NCBI GenBank assembly: GCA_013265495.1
Contig: MU062245.1
Coordinates: forward strand, 1,013,798-1,077,797
DNA: 64,000 nt
Origin: Vicugna vicugna
Lineage: Eukaryota
Direction: 5' to 3'
Program-made: the position numbers and the translations under genes
The notes under the pieces: generated by a model
What the model saw: the letters and a program-made list of their open reading frames with translations, nothing else
Told to the model about the DNA's origin: nothing
The model's database searches: none
Shown here: positions 59,498 to 64,000 of the stretch, one piece after another
How positions within the stretch are numbered: the stretch's first letter is position 1
Layout: every line of letters starts with the position of its first letter

Positions 59498-59521
59498 TCT
59501 CCCCCTGGAAGAAGAAGAGTG
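59498..59521 (+). CDS. SHANK1: SHANK1 24-nt alternative microexon (VSPWKKKS)
   Basis: ctag|TCTCCCCCTGGAAGAAGAAGAGTG|gtgagt; symmetric phase 1-1; matches the 8-aa SHANK1 insert as I recall it. Confidence 0.9.
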
Positions 59522-59725
59522 GTGAGTGGGCACAGGACTGGCGGGAGGGCCCCCGTCCCGATCCCGCCGGCGGACTCGCCCTTCCCCGATCCCGGCCCCT
59601 CACTGCCCCACACGCGCTTGCGCACGCCTGCTAGCCGTACCCGCTGGCCACGCCCGCTGGCCGAGCCCGCTCCGCCCCGCCCCCCGGGGGCGCCCCTGGG
59701 CTTCATCTGCATCCTTTGCCCACAG

Positions 59726-59794
59726 AGTACGAGCAGCAGCCTGCGCCGGTGCCCAGCATGGAGAAAAAGCGGACCGTGTATCAGATGGCTCTCA
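59726..59794 (+). CDS. SHANK1: SHANK1 exon EYEQQPAPVPSMEKKRTVYQMAL(N)
   Basis: cacag/gtaag; 69 nt, phase 1-1. Confidence 0.97.
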
Positions 59795-60244
59795 GTAAGA
59801 TGGCCCAGCCCTGCTCCCCAGGCTGCCCATGCCCAAGACCCCAACTCCACGCCCCTTGGAGGGCTGCATCAGCTCCTTACCTTTTCCCGCCCGCGCATGC
59901 GCGCCCGTCAGCTGGTCACCTTCACACCCCAACTTTGCCCCAGCCATCAAGTCTGAGTTCCAACCACCTCTGCTCTGCCTTCAGCCTCTCCCCAGTCCCT
60001 TCTGCCCCCTCTCCACGCTCCCTCACACAATGGCTGTGCCCTACTTACCGCCCTCCCCTTCCCATCGCTGGGTCCTGCCTCCTGGACTGGAGATTGTGTC
60101 TCCTGTCCACTGGGATGGAGACAGGGGTGCCCTTTTCTGGTTCGTACAAGACACTGAATGGGCTCCCGGTAGCTCTGTCTCTGAGCCAGGCCAAAGCAAA
60201 CTTCATTTCGCTGTCTCTCCGCCCCTCTCCCGCCTTCCTCCTAG

Positions 60245-60363
60245 ACAAACTGGATGAAATTTTGGCGGCAGCTCAGCAGACCATCAGTGCAAGCGAGAGT
60301 CCTGGGCCTGGTGGCCTCGCGTCCCTGGGCAAACACCGACCCAAAGGCTTCTTTGCCACTGAG
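60245..60363 (+). CDS. SHANK1: SHANK1 exon KLDEILAAAQQTISASESPGPGGLASLGKHRPKGFFATE (last coding exon visible in the window)
   Basis: ctag/gtagg; 119 nt, ends in phase 0. The following proline-rich exon is not seen before 64000. Confidence 0.97.
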
Positions 60364-61206
60364 GTAGGCAGCCTGGTCTGGGGAACTGGGGACCTGGGAG
60401 GGAAGGAAGCTTGAGGTAGGGCATCTTGGAGCCTCTATCCTTCTCCTTGAAAACCTCTCCTGACTCCCATGTGTTTAATGCCCGTCCTAAAGGGGTACTG
60501 TACTTCCTGGGGTCCACTCCTTTCTCTCCACTCTGGGGGCCCCCTTTCCTCTCTACCTATCCTGTTCCTCCTTGTTGTTCCCCCAAATCCCATCTCTCTC
60601 ACCTCCCTCCACTCTCCATCCCTACTCCTCACGTGTTCTCTCTCTTGTCCCACCTCTTCCTGTCCATCTCTGTCCCAGCTCAAGGGGATGTCATGGATGG
60701 AGCTCCCAGGCACAGGTCCAGCATGTAATAATAGGTCCTCAACAAGTGGTAGTTATTAAAATATTAATTATCACCTCCATCTCCGCTCTGCCTGCTAACC
60801 TATAGTGAATGTTGATCATATTTCTAACACTGTTTTTATGTGGATTACCTCATTCATTCCTTAGCATCATCCTAGGAGCCACACTCAGTTGTTATACAGA
60901 AGGGAAACTGAGGCTCAGAGAGGGAGCCAAGATTAAAACCCCAGGCAGTCAGGCAACTGATCTGTGGTCCACCCATGGCCCTGGCCCTTCCAATGGGGAC
61001 CCGCTGGTCCCCCCGCCCTGACTATCCTTCTCACTGGGCTGTACCCCTTCACAGGGACACATCCCACACCAGCCCTGCCCATGCCTCCCTCACCCTCCAG
61101 AGGTCACAGGCAGCACTACCTCTCTCTCAACACTTCTTTCTTCTCTGCCCAGCCCCTGCCCTCTGACGCCGCCCTCTGACCCCCTTTTCACAGGCCACAC
61201 CCACCA

Positions 61207-61345
61207 GGTGGTGAAGGGTATATAGCTCAATGGTAGAGCACCTGCTTAGCATGCACAAGATCCTGGGTTCAATCCTCAGTACCTACATTATAGATAAATA
61301 AATAAAAATCTAATTATCTCTGCCCAAAAAAAAGAAGAAGAAAAA
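61207..61345 (+). mobile_element. tRNA-Ala-derived SINE (Vic-1-like)
   Basis: GGGTATATAGCTCAATGGTAGAGCACCTGCTTAGCATGCACAAGATCCTGGGTTCAATCCTCAGTACC, A-rich tail. Confidence 0.9.
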
Positions 61346-62034
61346 GAAAAAATACATAAGATAACGAAAAAAGCCAGTTACACCGAAATACAGTCATCAG
61401 AATATTTTTAAAAAGCAAAATTTGTCATATTGTGATGTCAGTGCCTTTTTGACAACACAGTAGCCAACATGATCTGGTGGTGGATCTTAACTATTCTAAT
61501 TTCAAAGTCATGAGAAACATAAACATTATTTAGAGAAATCTGCAGCCACTGCAATGAAAGATACAGAAATACCTGTGATTTCTGTTGGGAATACAGTCAC
61601 AGGTCTTGATGAGACTGGAGTGGTCTGTTGCCCACATCCTTAATTAAGGAAATGTGGTATTTAGTTGGAGAATAATCAGAATAAAAACGTAAGTTTTGTT
61701 CCCCCATCATCCAAGTGCACAGGCCCCCTGATGTCTATCCACAGCCCTTCTAAGGGTTTGACCACCTACTCTGGAAGGTCTAGTACTTTTACAAGAGCCA
61801 AATACAGGTGGCAAATTTTACACCCAGAGTCCTAGAATTTGTTTCCGATTTGGAGGCCAAGTGGTCCTTGGCCACTTCTCAGGGCTTGGCAAACGGTCCT
61901 GCGTGCAGTAGGCCCTCACAACACACCTGTCCTTGGTTTCTCAAGGAATCTGAAATCTCTGGGCCTGTTAGGGTCATCTTTTGTGCCCATCTTCCCCCAA
62001 AGTCAGTGTAAGAATCAAATGTGCATAGATGGCA

Positions 62035-62179
62035 GAGAGGGATAAATTAGGCATTTGGGGTTAACAGATATACACTACTGTACATAAAATAGATAAACAA
62101 CAAGGACCTACTATATAGCACAGGAAACTGTATTCAGTATCTTGTAATAACCTATAATGGGAAAGAATCTGAAAAATTA

Positions 62180-62210
<31 letters not shown>

Positions 62211-62350
62211 ATATATATATATATACACATACACACACACACACATACACACATACGTACATACATATATATAGATATCTGAATCACTATGCTGTACACC
62301 TGAAACTAATACAACATTGTAAATTAACAATCCTTCAGTTAAAAAAAAAA
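62035..62350 (+). mobile_element. 5'-truncated L1 3' end (cetartiodactyl type) with internal (ATCT)n(AT)n(AC)n microsatellite and poly(A)
   Basis: ggataaattaggcatttggggttaacagatatacactact..aaacaacaaggacctactatatagcacaggaaact..tctgaatcactatgctgtacacctgaaactaatacaacattgtaaattaac..A10. Confidence 0.9.
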
Positions 62351-63907
62351 TGACCTATCCAAAAAATACATGAGCTGTAGAGCCAGGCAGACCTGCCTTC
62401 AAAGCCTAGCCTCCTCTAACTTACTTTGTCACTTGGCCCACACTTTTTAATTTCTCTGTGCCTCTGTTTCCTGTTCTGTAATATAAGGCTAAAGCCAATC
62501 TTGCTGGTCCTTAGGAGGATTGAATGAGATCACCTTTTAGCACAGCAGGCTCTCAAGAGATGGTGAACTTCCCCAGGCCATAAAACAACAAACTGGAGAC
62601 CCCACCGTGACTCACCAGGGAGCCCCACATGCACCCCAGAGACCCCACAACAGCATACCAAGCTCTGAACAGAGTCCCCAGGAACAGATTAGGGCGAGTC
62701 CTGTTTTCCTTTATGCAGTGAAGGCGTGGAATACACACCAAGTTCCAGGTAGCCAGAGTCCCAGTCCCTCCCTGCATGAACCTCCATTACAGGACAGACA
62801 AGATACTGGCCCTCACAGAACTGGCTGCCATCTTGAGCTCCAGAGACACCCGCAGATGGGCCCAGACACTGGCCCACAAGAAACCCAGCTGCTCACCCGC
62901 CCCCATCTTCTAGAAATGAAACTCACCTGAAGTCTTCATGGGGCCTTCCCTTCCTCCAGGTCCTGAAAGCCAGTCATTTCCCCTTTTCTTCTCCCTCCTG
63001 GGGCCTGTCCCTGGGCCTCCCCCAAGCCCTCCCTCTTACACTGCAGACTCTCTCTGTCCCCACCCCCTGCCAGCCATCCTGATCTTTCTCTCTCTGAGTC
63101 AACAAAGGGACTCCTTCCTGACTTTCTTGCATCTCCATGGCTCTCTCCATGTGTGGTCTTGTTCTCCTCTGTCTCCATCTCCCATCTGTTTCCATCTCTC
63201 CCTTCTTCACTCTCCCACTTGGACTCCTCTGCCTCTAGACCAGGGGGCAAGTGGGCAATGTGGAGACCCAGTGTGGCTCCCCCAGGCTTCTTTTAACAGG
63301 CCTGCACCACAGTGGACAGAGGAAGAGATTATACAAACACCACTGTTTAAACACTTAAAAACTGAGAGATTTCAGCCCCCCCTGAAAGATACATCTCTGT
63401 GTAAAACCTAAGGGGGACTGGGGAAGAACAACTGTATGCACACTTGGGGACACAGACCCCAGGCAGATCCACTGTATGTCAGGGTCCCTCTTGGGCTCTG
63501 TCTCCTAGGGCTTGGCTGTTTATCTGCCTGTCTTCTCCTCTGTGTGGCTTTGGTTTTCTTGGCTACTGTCTCTGTTACCTGGTCACTGACCCCCAGGTGG
63601 GTCCCATGCTCCTTGTCCCCATGTCTCAGTCTGGGTTCTGGTTTCAGCCTTTCTCTGGAGTCAGTTTCTCCCTGTGATTATTTTGATTATTTTTTGCCAT
63701 ACCCGTCGGTTGCATTTTCTGCCTCTAATCCTCCTGGCTGGCTCCCTAACATGAATTTCCTAGCCCATCTTCAGCCACTAGCATGTGCATAGCACCAGGG
63801 CATACTCTGCCCTGGAGGCACCAGACCCACAGCCGACCCTTGAAGGAGCGCAGGAAGAGGGCAGGACCTTTGGCCAACTCTCTGGGGAGGAATCTACCTG
63901 GCAGCCA

Positions 63908-63943
63908 GTGACGTCACGCATATCTGGCGCACCCTGATTGGCT
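63908..63943. promoter_or_regulatory. Palindromic CRE plus inverted CCAAT box in a SHANK1 intron
   Basis: GTGACGTCAC at 63908-63917 and CTGATTGGCT at 63934-63943 (AGCCAATCAG on minus), in a CpG-containing patch. Confidence 0.6.
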
Positions 63944-64000
63944 GCTCCCCTCTGCGCGGGAAAGAACGCTCCCCGTTTGTTGATGGAGGTCAGCCTGTCC

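Larger units (their letters stand above)
2400..62540. mobile_element. Many dispersed MIR and L2 fragments (MIR examples near 2450, 5820, 6640, 24290, 29690, 42280, 43420, 47080, 48740, 54690, 55020, 57070, 60910, 62450)
   Basis: Recurrent MIR core motifs ctgtgtgaccttgggcaagt, cctcagtttcctcatctgtaaaatggg, gaggaaactgaggc and L2 3' ends gtgcctggcacatagtaggtgctcaataaat. The span marks the range, not one element. Confidence 0.8.

Noticed and set aside
8460-61345. Possible tRNA-Ala genes
   Set aside because: They have A/B boxes and an AGC loop but degenerate acceptor and T stems, A-rich tails and TSDs; they are SINEs.

Overview
Mammalian genomic DNA, very likely a camelid: it carries at least eight tRNA-Ala-derived SINEs of the camelid Vic-1 type. 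The region is syntenic with human 19q13.33. From left to right it holds: (1) a heavily decayed, unnamed chemoattractant-family class A GPCR (minus strand, 1-1041, C-terminus runs off the window); (2) a GPR32 orthologue broken by a nonsense codon and a frameshift (minus, 10021-11051); (3) an AT-rich, repeat-dense interval (L1, MaLR/ERV LTRs, hAT MITEs, SINEs); (4) an orphan promoter-like cluster of ZNF143/THAP11 motifs near 23.3 kb; (5) an intact four-exon CLEC11A (minus, 324 aa); and (6) the 5' part of SHANK1 (plus), head-to-head with CLEC11A. For SHANK1, 18 complete coding exons and one partial exon can be read with GT-AG boundaries and consistent phases; one PDZ exon, probably a 27-nt linker exon, and the promoter fall in N-gaps, and the large proline-rich exon lies beyond the window. 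There are no prokaryotic features, CRISPR arrays, rRNA or true tRNA genes. I found no certain new biological system. The best leads are the unnamed GPCR paralogue, a pair of candidate SHANK1 cassette exons (31 + 53 nt) that keep the frame only together, the orphan ZNF143 cluster, and intragenic SHANK1 promoter signatures. Comparisons with human or rat proteins and repeat family names are from memory, not from a database search, and repeat boundaries are approximate.
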